DNA of 64,000 bases from assembly GCA_035553315.1 (NCBI GenBank), contig DATNDE010000019.1, forward strand, positions 316-64,315, read 5' to 3'. How positions within the stretch are numbered: the first letter of the stretch is position 1; each line of letters starts with the position of its first letter. The position numbers and the translations under genes are program-made. The notes under the pieces were generated by a model, which was given only the letters and a program-made list of their open reading frames with translations, made no database searches and was not told the DNA's origin. Origin of the DNA: Steroidobacteraceae bacterium (GTDB taxonomy: Bacteria; Pseudomonadota; Gammaproteobacteria; Steroidobacterales; Steroidobacteraceae). Below, piece after piece: positions 45,955 through 54,456 of this stretch.

Positions 45955-47921
45955 ACCCCTCGTGCCGCATTGCGCACCCCCGCTCCGTGCGCCTGCGCAG
46001 CGCTCTGCAGGGCCAGCGCTTTTTCACGAGCATGTGGCAGCGCACTCGCCGCTGAGCCCGTCGTCGCCCGCGGCAGCGCGAATACCATCAATGTGCTGCC
46101 ACCGGCCGTATAGGCAGGAAGGTCCTGCATCGCTCCCGTGAAGCCGAGTGCGCCGTTGCGCACGCGCGGATCGATTTCTGCATTCGCCACGGCGCCCGGC
46201 CAGCCGCCCACGCCGCATAGAATGGCGACGTACTGCCGGCCGTCACTTCCCTGATAGCTCACCGGTTGACCGATGATTCCCGACGGCGTCTGTATCTGCC
46301 AGAGAATGTGCCCGGTGCGCGCATCCACGGCCTTGAACCAGCGGTCCATCGTGCCGTAGAAGGCCACGTCGCCGCCCGTGACGAGCGCCCCGCTCCACAC
46401 GGGAAAGTTCTCGTGAATTGCCCACACCTTCTTGTGGTGCTCGACATCCCAGGCCATGAATTCGCCGCGATACCCACCGGGGGCGGCATACATGTCGACC
46501 GTCGCGCCAACGTAGGGCGTCCCCGCGATGTACGCCACCTCGGAGGTCTTCCAGTTCATGCACAGATGCTGGTGCGGGACATAGAGCAGATGCGTACGGG
46601 GCGAATACGCCGAGGGCTGCCAGTCCTTGGCTCCGTCCGCGTTTGGACAGATGTCGGTCACCGTCTTGCCGGGCAGCGGCGTCTTGGCGGGGTTCCTGAT
46701 CGGTCGCCCGGTTTTCAGATCGATGCCGAACGTTGCGTTGATGGTGTCGTAGCCTGTCGCGGAGAAGACCTCGCCGGTGCGTGGATCGAGCTGATAGATA
46801 TAGCCGTTGCGGCCTACGTGCACGAGTCTTTCCTCAGGCCGCCCGTTGACCGGCACATCGATCAACAGGCTCTCATTGATCTCGTCGTAATCGAACACGT
46901 CATGCGGTGTGTATTGATACGCCCACGTCGCCTGGCCGGTGTCCGGATCACGCGCGAATTCCGTGGTGGTCCACAAGTTGTCGCCGGGACGCTGGTTGTT
47001 GTTCCAGGGCGATGGGTTGGCGGTGCCGTAATAGATGAGGTTGAGGCTCGGCTCATACTGAATCCAACCCCACATCGTCGCCCCGCCGATCTTCCACATG
47101 CCCGGCGGCCAGGTGCTGACGCCGAGGTCCTTGCCGATCAGATCCTTGTAGTAGGGTTTGAAGTTCGGCCCGATCAACACGTCCTTGTCCGGGCCGGTGC
47201 CGTAGGCACGCCAGGCGATCTTGCCGCTGTTCTCATCCACGGCCGTGACCCAGCCGCGCACGCCCAGCTCCGAGCCGCTGTTTCCCACCAGCACCTTGCC
47301 CTTGACCACCAGCGGCGCCATGGTGACCGTCATGCCGGTATTGAAATCGCCGAGCAGGGTATGCCAGAGCTCCTGGCCCGTCTGCGCATCGATGGCGACC
47401 AGGTAATCATCCAGCGTTGCGAGGAATACCTTGCCGTGATCGTAGGCCAGCCCACGCGTGACCACATCGCAGCAGGCCTCTCCCTCTGCGGCCGGGTTCG
47501 GCTTGGGGGCATAGGACCACTTCAGCGCGCCGGTGGTCGCATCGAGCGCGAACACCTGATTCGGATGCACGCCGAAGTATGGCCCTACCACGTACATCGT
47601 GTTGTTGATGATCAGCGGCGCCGCTTCCTGGCCGCGGTTCGCGCCTACGGAAAAGCTCCACGCAAGAGTGAGCTTGGAAGCGTTGGCGGTATTGACCTGA
47701 TCGAGGGGGCTATAACGGGTGTTGGCGTAATTGCGCGGTGCCATCGGCCACTGTCTAGGATCCTTCGCGAGCGTCTCGAGATCCTCGGAACTGTCGGCCG
47801 TGTCGGCCGGCGGGGCCTTCGCCTGCGCATGCGGACGCTGTGCCGCAAACGCCGGGGCCAACATGCATGCAGAGGCTATCAGGGCCGCCCCCAGGACGGC
47901 TAGGCGCGGCGCTGCGCTCAT
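45945..47921 (-). CDS. PQQ-dependent dehydrogenase, methanol/ethanol family (XoxF/ExaF-like)
   Basis: Signal peptide, vicinal Cys pair (GEACCDVVTRGLAY), propeller W-motifs, and TPHDVFDYDEIN (D-Y-D). ATG 47921 overlaps the upstream stop (ATGA). Confidence 0.9.
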   Translation of the reverse strand: MSAAPRLAVLGAALIASACMLAPAFAAQRPHAQAKAPPADTADSSEDLETLAKDPRQWPMAPRNYANTRYSPLDQVNTANASKLTLAWSFSVGANRGQEAAPLIINNTMYVVGPYFGVHPNQVFALDATTGALKWSYAPKPNPAAEGEACCDVVTRGLAYDHGKVFLATLDDYLVAIDAQTGQELWHTLLGDFNTGMTVTMAPLVVKGKVLVGNSGSELGVRGWVTAVDENSGKIAWRAYGTGPDKDVLIGPNFKPYYKDLIGKDLGVSTWPPGMWKIGGATMWGWIQYEPSLNLIYYGTANPSPWNNNQRPGDNLWTTTEFARDPDTGQATWAYQYTPHDVFDYDEINESLLIDVPVNGRPEERLVHVGRNGYIYQLDPRTGEVFSATGYDTINATFGIDLKTGRPIRNPAKTPLPGKTVTDICPNADGAKDWQPSAYSPRTHLLYVPHQHLCMNWKTSEVAYIAGTPYVGATVDMYAAPGGYRGEFMAWDVEHHKKVWAIHENFPVWSGALVTGGDVAFYGTMDRWFKAVDARTGHILWQIQTPSGIIGQPVSYQGSDGRQYVAILCGVGGWPGAVANAEIDPRVRNGALGFTGAMQDLPAYTAGGSTLMVFALPRATTGSAASALPHAREKALALQSAAQAHGAGVRNAARGVRR

Positions 47922-48754
47922 TGCTGCACCGCCTTGTTCCACTCGGGAACGTAGCCGGAATGGATCTGCTCGGCGATCTCGGTCTCGCGTCCACCGCACT
48001 GTGGATGGCCCCATCCGGACACGCTGACTCTGGAAGGCAGCATGTCGTAGATGATGGCGTCGTCATGACCTGGACTGACGCCGTTTGGAACATGACCCAT
48101 GCTTAGGGCATCTCTCACGCGCCACGCAACGTTATGGTCCGCGCACGACGTGTCGCCGCTGACTCCAAGCGCGCCAACGAGGTTGCCGTCCTGATACAGC
48201 GCCAGCCCGCCACCGAATACCACTACGCCGCCAATATGCTGGCCGAGCATGGGATCCTTGTCCGTGCCGTAGGTGCTCGGCGCTCCTGCGTAGAGCAGCG
48301 AGGAAACCGGCGGGTTGGTCGTGATCACCCCATACATGGATCCTCCGGAGGCGGACGCTGCGTAAAGGTTCGCAGTGGAGATGGCCATCTGTTTGAGGCT
48401 TACGGCGTTGGCCGTAGTGGCCTTCTCCGCGGCGATGGCGCGGCTGGCGAGCCACTGATCCGTCGCGGCTTTGCCACTCATCGTCACCGCGCAGACCGTG
48501 CCGTCGCGATTGACGACGACCGCCCATTCGTTGTTGTCAAAGCCGCCGTTGCTCGGTCCGCCACTCGCCTTGACGCTGCGCTTGAGCGCCTGCGTGAGAT
48601 TCGCGTGTGTTACAGGACAGTTCTGCGCGAGCGCGCTCGGGAGGCTGAACAGACTTGCGCCCAGTCCGGCCAGCAGCAGAGCGGTCACCCTGCATAGTCT
48701 GCAATGGCCTTGAACGCCCGGCGGGATGCGGCGATGTCGAAGCAGCATGGGCAT
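47918..48754 (-). CDS. Secreted GlcG/HbpS (DUF336)-like protein with a C-terminal extension
   Basis: Signal peptide (..PSALAQ), then DUF336-like WAVVVNRDGTVCAV...SRAIAAEKATTA...GGGLALYQDGNLVGALGVSGD. First gene of the operon. Confidence 0.65.
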   Translation of the reverse strand: MPMLLRHRRIPPGVQGHCRLCRVTALLLAGLGASLFSLPSALAQNCPVTHANLTQALKRSVKASGGPSNGGFDNNEWAVVVNRDGTVCAVTMSGKAATDQWLASRAIAAEKATTANAVSLKQMAISTANLYAASASGGSMYGVITTNPPVSSLLYAGAPSTYGTDKDPMLGQHIGGVVVFGGGLALYQDGNLVGALGVSGDTSCADHNVAWRVRDALSMGHVPNGVSPGHDDAIIYDMLPSRVSVSGWGHPQCGGRETEIAEQIHSGYVPEWNKAVQQ

Positions 48755-48859
48755 AGCTCATCCTTACGGCGCACCGGCGCCATCCAGTCCTCACCCTGCC
48801 CGGAAAATCCTGCGGTCTTGAAACCGTCCGCACGTTAGCGAGCGCTGTCGCGGATTTCA

Positions 48860-49366
48860 CCCAGCCTGATTCCCATCCGCAGTACGACTTCGCCGACAAA
48901 TGCAATCCGGTGCAATGGCTGGCGGATTCACAGCACTCCGTGCATTACTTGGCGACCCAAAGCGCGCCGGCGCTACGGTGAAGAACTTCGCGCAGCGGAT
49001 GACCCACGACCACACGCTCGCCATCGACCAACTGCAGGCCGTCGCTTCCAGCCATGGCCTGCAAATCCCGGCCGGCATGCCGACCAGGGACCAGAAGTCA
49101 TTCGATGAGCCGAAAGGCCGGAATGGTGTCGGACCGGACACGCACTACAGCGACGACCAGGTAAAGGTTCACAAACGGGCCGTCGCCCAGTTCAATAGCG
49201 CGCCGCGAAGCAATCCAATCTGCTGCCGGCGGTGCGCGAATACGCCCGCAAGACGGTCCCCTCGCTCCAGGAGCATCTGGCGCAGCAGCTGGTGGCTACG
49301 GAATCGGGGCAATCATTCGGCCGGTTGAACACTACCGCGCCAGGCGTTCGCCAAGCGAGCCGCTAG
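48860..49366 (+). pseudogene. Decayed DUF4142-family gene (frameshifted, N-terminus missing)
   Basis: Family-like segments lie in different frames. VKNFAQRMTHDH...VKVHKRAVAQF is in one frame. LLPAVREYARKTVPSLQEHLAQQL is in the +2 frame after about 49199, where a TAG at 49196 blocks that frame upstream. DFADK... upstream is in yet another frame. Confidence 0.55.
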
Positions 49367-49371
49367 CCACC

Positions 49372-50478
49372 TCAGCCGAAGTTGATCTTCGCCTCGAGAT
49401 TGGTACGCGAGTCCGCGTACATCAGCGCTTCCTCGAGCGTAATGCGTCCCTGCTTGAACAGCTTGTGCAGGCTCGAATCGAAGCTGCGCACGTCCTTGTC
49501 GCCGCTCTGCATGATCGATTCCTTGATGCTCATGACGTCGCCGCGCTTCACGAGCTCGGCGATGTGCGGCGTGTTCATCATGACTTCGATGGCCGCGACG
49601 CGCTTGTTGTCCACGCCCATGACCAGGCGCTGCGCAAGGATCGCGCGCAGATACTGCGACAGGTCCAGCGTGACCTGCTTGAACTGGTCCAGCGGGAACA
49701 TATTGATGATGCGGTCCAGGCTCTCGGCGCAATTGTTGGCATGCAGAGTCGCGAGCACCAGGTGACCCGTGCCGGCCAGATTGATGGCCGCCTGCATGCT
49801 CTCGCGATCGCGGATCTCACCGATCAGAATCACATCGGGTGCCGCACGCACTACCGCACGCAGCGCTGCGGCATAGGTGCGCGTATCCAGTCCGACCTCG
49901 CGCTGATTGATGATCGAGCGCTTGTTGGCGTGCAGGAATTCGATCGGATCCTCGATCGTAACGATATGATCCGAGGCGCTCTCGTTGCGATGATTGATCA
50001 TCGCCGCCAGCGTCGTGGACTTGCCCGAACCGGTGGCACCGACGACCAGGATCAGGCCGCGCTTGAGCATCGCGAGGTCCGCGCAAACCTCCGGCAGGCC
50101 AAGTCCGTCCACGCGCGGCATGTCCGCGCTGATATAGCGCAGCACCATCGCAGGGTAGCCGCGCTGATAAAAAATATTGACGCGGAAGCGCCCGAGCCCC
50201 GACTCGCTGATCGCAAAGTCGATCTCCAGGTCGCGCTGGAACTGCTCGAGCTGCTCGGGATTCATGAGCCCGAAGCAGATCGAGCGCACGGCCGAGGGCG
50301 ACAGCACCTGCTTGTTGATCGGGAAAATCTGCCCTTCGATCTTGATCTTGATCGGCGCGTTCGAGGTGAAGAACAGATCCGATGCCTTGCGGTCCACCAT
50401 CAGCTGGAACAGCGGCTTGGTGTTCAGCGTGGTCTGGGTTTCGCTGACCGGCAAGTCGATTGGGTCGGTGACAGCCAT
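49372..50478 (-). CDS. Second PilU-like type IV pilus retraction ATPase paralogue
   Basis: 368 aa with Walker A GATGSGKSTT, Asp box, Walker B DVILIGEIRD and His box GHLVLATLHAN. It lacks the PilT AIRNLIRE motif. It lies 4 nt downstream of pilU. Confidence 0.85.
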   Translation of the reverse strand: MAVTDPIDLPVSETQTTLNTKPLFQLMVDRKASDLFFTSNAPIKIKIEGQIFPINKQVLSPSAVRSICFGLMNPEQLEQFQRDLEIDFAISESGLGRFRVNIFYQRGYPAMVLRYISADMPRVDGLGLPEVCADLAMLKRGLILVVGATGSGKSTTLAAMINHRNESASDHIVTIEDPIEFLHANKRSIINQREVGLDTRTYAAALRAVVRAAPDVILIGEIRDRESMQAAINLAGTGHLVLATLHANNCAESLDRIINMFPLDQFKQVTLDLSQYLRAILAQRLVMGVDNKRVAAIEVMMNTPHIAELVKRGDVMSIKESIMQSGDKDVRSFDSSLHKLFKQGRITLEEALMYADSRTNLEAKINFG

Positions 50479-50482
50479 GGCG

Positions 50483-51637
50483 TCAGAAACTCTTTCCCTG
50501 TACTTCCTCGACGATGGTCAGATCCCCGTCCGCCTCGATCGGCTTGTTCTCGCGCTTGCTGTCGAGCTTGATGCGCAGACGCAGCTCGTTCTTGGAGTCG
50601 GAGTTGCGCAGCGCATCCTCGTACGAGATATAGCCCTGCTCGTACAGTTCGAATAGCGCCTGATCGAAGGTCTTCATGCCGATGCGGTTGGAGCGCGCCA
50701 TGATCTCCTTGATCTTGGCGACGTCGCCACGGAAGATCAGGTCCTGGATAAGCGGCGAGTTGAGCATGATTTCCATCGCCGCGATGCGCCCATGACCCGA
50801 CTCGCGCGGAATCAGCCGCTGCGAGATCAGTGCGCGCACGTTCAGCGACATGTCCATGAGCAGCTGCTCGCGCCGCTCTTCGGGGAAGAAGTTGATGATG
50901 CGATCGAGCGCCTGGTTGGAGCTGTTCGCGTGCAATGTGGCGAGCACCAGGTGTCCGGTCTCGGCGAACTGAATGCCGTACTCCATCGTCTCGCGGTCGC
51001 GGATCTCGCCGATCAGGATCACGTCCGGCGCCTGGCGCAGCGTATTGCGCAATGCCGTGTGCCACGATTCGGTATCGACGCCCACTTCTCGGTGCGTGAT
51101 GACGCAGCCGCGGTGCTGGTGCACGAATTCCACCGGGTCCTCGATGGTCACGATGTGTCCGCGGGTCTTGTCGTTGCGATAGCCGACCATCGAGGCGAGC
51201 GTCGTGGACTTGCCCGAACCGGTGCCGCCCACGACGATCACGAAGCCGCGCTTGGAGAGCACGACTTCCTTGAGGATCGGCGGCAGATCGAGCTCCTCGA
51301 AGGTCGGAATCTTGGCGTTGATCAGGCGGATGACGCAGCCGACGTGGCTCTGCTGCACGAAGGCGCTGACGCGAAAGCGGCCGATGCCGGGCGGCGCGAT
51401 CGCGAAGTTGCACTCCTTGGTGGCGTCGAACTCGCGCGTCTGCCGGTCGTTCATGATGGCGCGCACCAGCAGCGCCGATTGGTCGGCCGACAGCGCGCGT
51501 TCCATCTGCGGGCGCACTTCGCCATCGACCTTGATTGCCGGCGGGAAGCCCGCCGTGATGAACAGATCGGAGGCCTGCCGCTCCACGACCCGCTTCAGCA
51601 GCTCCTGCATCAGCTTGATGGCTTGATCACGATCCAT
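50483..51637 (-). CDS. pilU: Type IV pilus ATPase PilU
   Basis: 384 aa with GGTGSGKSTT, DVILIGEIRD, GHLVLATLHAN and a PilU-type C-terminal tail. Confidence 0.9.
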   Translation of the reverse strand: MDRDQAIKLMQELLKRVVERQASDLFITAGFPPAIKVDGEVRPQMERALSADQSALLVRAIMNDRQTREFDATKECNFAIAPPGIGRFRVSAFVQQSHVGCVIRLINAKIPTFEELDLPPILKEVVLSKRGFVIVVGGTGSGKSTTLASMVGYRNDKTRGHIVTIEDPVEFVHQHRGCVITHREVGVDTESWHTALRNTLRQAPDVILIGEIRDRETMEYGIQFAETGHLVLATLHANSSNQALDRIINFFPEERREQLLMDMSLNVRALISQRLIPRESGHGRIAAMEIMLNSPLIQDLIFRGDVAKIKEIMARSNRIGMKTFDQALFELYEQGYISYEDALRNSDSKNELRLRIKLDSKRENKPIEADGDLTIVEEVQGKSF

Positions 51638-51698
51638 ACCGCTCCCGATCTAATGCGAGACCGTGCCGCTTCGCGTGCCGTTCGCCGTCAGCACGGGC

Positions 51699-52739
51699 TT
51701 ACAGCGCGTCCTTGTTCTGCGCCTTGTAACGGGCCTCTTCCTTGCTCACGACGCCCTTTTGCAGCAGATCGGCGAGGCACTGATCCAAGGTTTGCATGCC
51801 GGCCGACTGACCGGTCTGGATGCTCGAATACATCTGCGCAATCTTGCCCTCGCGGATAAGGTTACGGATGGCCGGTGTGCCGATCATGATCTCGTGCGCG
51901 GCCACCCGGCCGCCGCCGATGCGCTTGAGCAAGGTCTGGGAGATCACCGCGCGCAGCGACTCCGAGAGCATCGAGCGCACCATGTCCTTTTCTTCGCCGG
52001 GGAATACGTCGACCACGCGGTCGATGGTCTTGGCGGCGGAGCTGGTATGCAGCGTGCCGAACACGAGGTGGCCGGTCTCGGCTGCGGTCAGCGCCAGCCG
52101 GATGGTCTCCAGGTCGCGCAATTCACCGACCAGCACCAGATCGGGATCCTCGCGCAGCGCCGAGCGCAACGCTTCGCTGAAGCCGAGGGTGTCGCGCTTG
52201 ACCTCGCGCTGATTGATCAGGCAGCGCTTGCACTCGTGCACGAACTCGATCGGGTCCTCGATCGTGATGATGTGATCCGGACGATTGTCGTTGCAGTAGT
52301 CGATCATCCCCGCCAGCGTGGTGGATTTGCCCGAGCCTGTCGGGCCGGTCACCAGCACCAGCCCGCGAGGCAGCATGCACAGATCGCGGAAGATCTTCGG
52401 CGAGCCGAGCTCATCGAGGCTCAAAATGTTGGACGGGATGTTACGGAATACCGCGCCGGCGCCGCGATTCTGATTGAACGCGTTGACACGAAAGCGCGCG
52501 AGCTTGGGGATCTCGAAGGAAAAATCCGTCTCGAAGAATTCCTCATAGGCCTTGCGCTGCTTGTCGTTCATGATGTCGTACACCATGCCGTGCACTTCCT
52601 TGTGGGTCAGTGCAGGCATGTTGATACGCTTCATGTCGCCGTCGACGCGGATCATCGGCGGCACACCGGCCGACAGGTGTAGATCGGACGCGTTATTCTT
52701 GACGGAGAACGCGAGCAGTTGCGCGATATCGACGGCCAT
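51699..52739 (-). CDS. pilT: Twitching motility ATPase PilT
   Basis: MAVDIAQLLAFSVKNNASDLHLSAG, GPTGSGKSTT, GHLVFGTLHT and the PilT-specific AIRNLIREGK. Start is ATG 52739. Confidence 0.95.
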   Translation of the reverse strand: MAVDIAQLLAFSVKNNASDLHLSAGVPPMIRVDGDMKRINMPALTHKEVHGMVYDIMNDKQRKAYEEFFETDFSFEIPKLARFRVNAFNQNRGAGAVFRNIPSNILSLDELGSPKIFRDLCMLPRGLVLVTGPTGSGKSTTLAGMIDYCNDNRPDHIITIEDPIEFVHECKRCLINQREVKRDTLGFSEALRSALREDPDLVLVGELRDLETIRLALTAAETGHLVFGTLHTSSAAKTIDRVVDVFPGEEKDMVRSMLSESLRAVISQTLLKRIGGGRVAAHEIMIGTPAIRNLIREGKIAQMYSSIQTGQSAGMQTLDQCLADLLQKGVVSKEEARYKAQNKDAL

Positions 52740-52782
52740 CGGGTCCTCGTGCCGCGCACGGCGCGGCGAAACGGAACGCAGT

Positions 52783-53571
52783 ATGACGGACGGCGTTTTG
52801 ACCAATATGTTAATCGGTCCGCAGATTTCACCTGCCGATACCGCGCTGGCCGCACGGCTGGCGGCGCTGCGGGCCGCGATCGGCAGTGCCGCGAGCCGCG
52901 CCGGCAGGACTGAGGAATCGATCACGCTCATCGCCGTCAGCAAAGGGCATGCCGCCGGGCAGGTACGGCAGGCTTTCTCTCTGGGCATCCGTCACGTCGG
53001 TGAGAGCTACCTGCAGGAGGCTCTGGGCAAGCGCGCCGTACTCGCCGACCTGCCGCTGGTCTGGCACTTCATCGGACGGCTGCAGACGAACAAGACACGG
53101 CCGATCGCCGAGCAGTTCGATTGGGTGCACGGCGTGGATCGCCTGCACATCGCCGAGCGCCTCTCGGCACAGCGTCCCGCAACGCTGCCGGCGCTCAACG
53201 TGTGCGTGCAGGTGAGCGTCGCAGGGGAGGCCGGTAAGGGGGGCGTCGCGCCCGCGTCGCTGGCGCCGCTGGCTGCGGCGATCGGCTGCTTGCCGCGCCT
53301 GAGGCTGCGCGGGCTGATGTGCATCCTGCCGGCGAATCTTGCGCCCGACGCCAATCGCGCCTTGTTCGCAGTGCTGCGTCAGTGCCTGGCGCGCCTCAAC
53401 GCCTCATACAGTGATTCGCCGACCGCCGCACGCCTGGATACGCTCTCGATGGGCATGAGCGAGGATTTCGCCGAGGCGATTGCCGAGGGCGCAACCTGCA
53501 TCCGTATCGGCACTGCGCTGTTCGGCCCGCGGCGCGCTCCCACTCCCCCATCTACGGCGGGGCTTGGATAG
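52783..53571 (+). CDS. yggS: YggS-family pyridoxal-phosphate homeostasis protein
   Basis: LIAVSKGH (PLP Lys), WHFIGRLQTNK and SMGMSEDFAEAI. Divergent from pilT. Confidence 0.85.
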   Translation: MTDGVLTNMLIGPQISPADTALAARLAALRAAIGSAASRAGRTEESITLIAVSKGHAAGQVRQAFSLGIRHVGESYLQEALGKRAVLADLPLVWHFIGRLQTNKTRPIAEQFDWVHGVDRLHIAERLSAQRPATLPALNVCVQVSVAGEAGKGGVAPASLAPLAAAIGCLPRLRLRGLMCILPANLAPDANRALFAVLRQCLARLNASYSDSPTAARLDTLSMGMSEDFAEAIAEGATCIRIGTALFGPRRAPTPPSTAGLG

Positions 53572-53572
53572 A

Positions 53573-54454
53573 ATGGCGCAGATGGATGCCTGGCAAGGCG
53601 ATGAAATCGCATTTCTCGGGGGCGGCAACATGGCGCGGGCGCTCATCGCCGGTCTGCTGCGCCAGGGAATGCCTGCAGTCCGCATTCGTGTCGGCGAGCC
53701 ACAGGAGGCGCTGCGACGCGCCCTGGCAGCCGACTTCGGCGTGCACACTGCTGCCGACAACGCACCGATGCTCGCCGGCGCCACGCTGATCGTGCTGGCC
53801 GTCAAGCCCCAGAATGCGCTCCCTGCGCTGCAATCGCTGCACACACTGCCGCCGGCAGATGGCGCCGTGCCCACGCTGCTGTCGATTGCCGCTGGTGTGA
53901 GCGTCGAGTCGCTGCGCCAGGCGAGTCCGCCTGCAGTGGCCATCGTGCGCGCCATGCCGAATCGACCGGCGCTGGTCGGTGCGGGCATCACCGGACTGTA
54001 TGCGCCCGAGACGACGCCTGCGCCGGCGCGCGCCGCTGCGGAGCGCGTGGCGCGAGCCGCCGGTCAGGCCGTCTGGCTGCGTCATGAAGCGGAGCTGGAC
54101 CTCGTGACGGCCCTCTCCGGCAGCGGCCCCGCTTACTTCTTTCTGCTGGCCGAACAGCTCGCCGCGGCCGCCACTGCTCTCGGCCTGGCCGCCGAAACCG
54201 CGAATCTGCTCGCGGCGCAGACCCTGTACGGCTCCGGCCTGCTCGCCCACCGTGCCCTGCTCGGCGAGTCGCCGAGCACGTTGAGCGCGGAGCGCAGCGC
54301 GGTCACCTCGCGCGGTGGCACCACGGAGGCGGCGCTGCGGGTGCTGGCCGAAGGCGGTTTTGATGCACTCGTGCAGCGAGCGCTGCAGGCCGCCGCGAGC
54401 CGCAGCGCCGAGCTCGCCGAGCTCGCCGCGCCTGGCGCAAACACGAGGCGCTGA
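53573..54454 (+). CDS. proC: Pyrroline-5-carboxylate reductase
   Basis: IAFLGGGNMARALIAGL, VLAVKPQ and VTSRGGTTEAAL. Confidence 0.9.
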   Translation: MAQMDAWQGDEIAFLGGGNMARALIAGLLRQGMPAVRIRVGEPQEALRRALAADFGVHTAADNAPMLAGATLIVLAVKPQNALPALQSLHTLPPADGAVPTLLSIAAGVSVESLRQASPPAVAIVRAMPNRPALVGAGITGLYAPETTPAPARAAAERVARAAGQAVWLRHEAELDLVTALSGSGPAYFFLLAEQLAAAATALGLAAETANLLAAQTLYGSGLLAHRALLGESPSTLSAERSAVTSRGGTTEAALRVLAEGGFDALVQRALQAAASRSAELAELAAPGANTRR

Positions 54455-54456
54455 GC

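Noticed and set aside
48755-48800. A sigma54 -24/-12 promoter (TGGCGCcggtgCGCC) upstream of the PQQ/oxidase operon.
   Set aside because: The GG/GC spacing is off by one from TGGCAC-N5-TTGC, the TTGC element is absent, and the site is too close to the SD.
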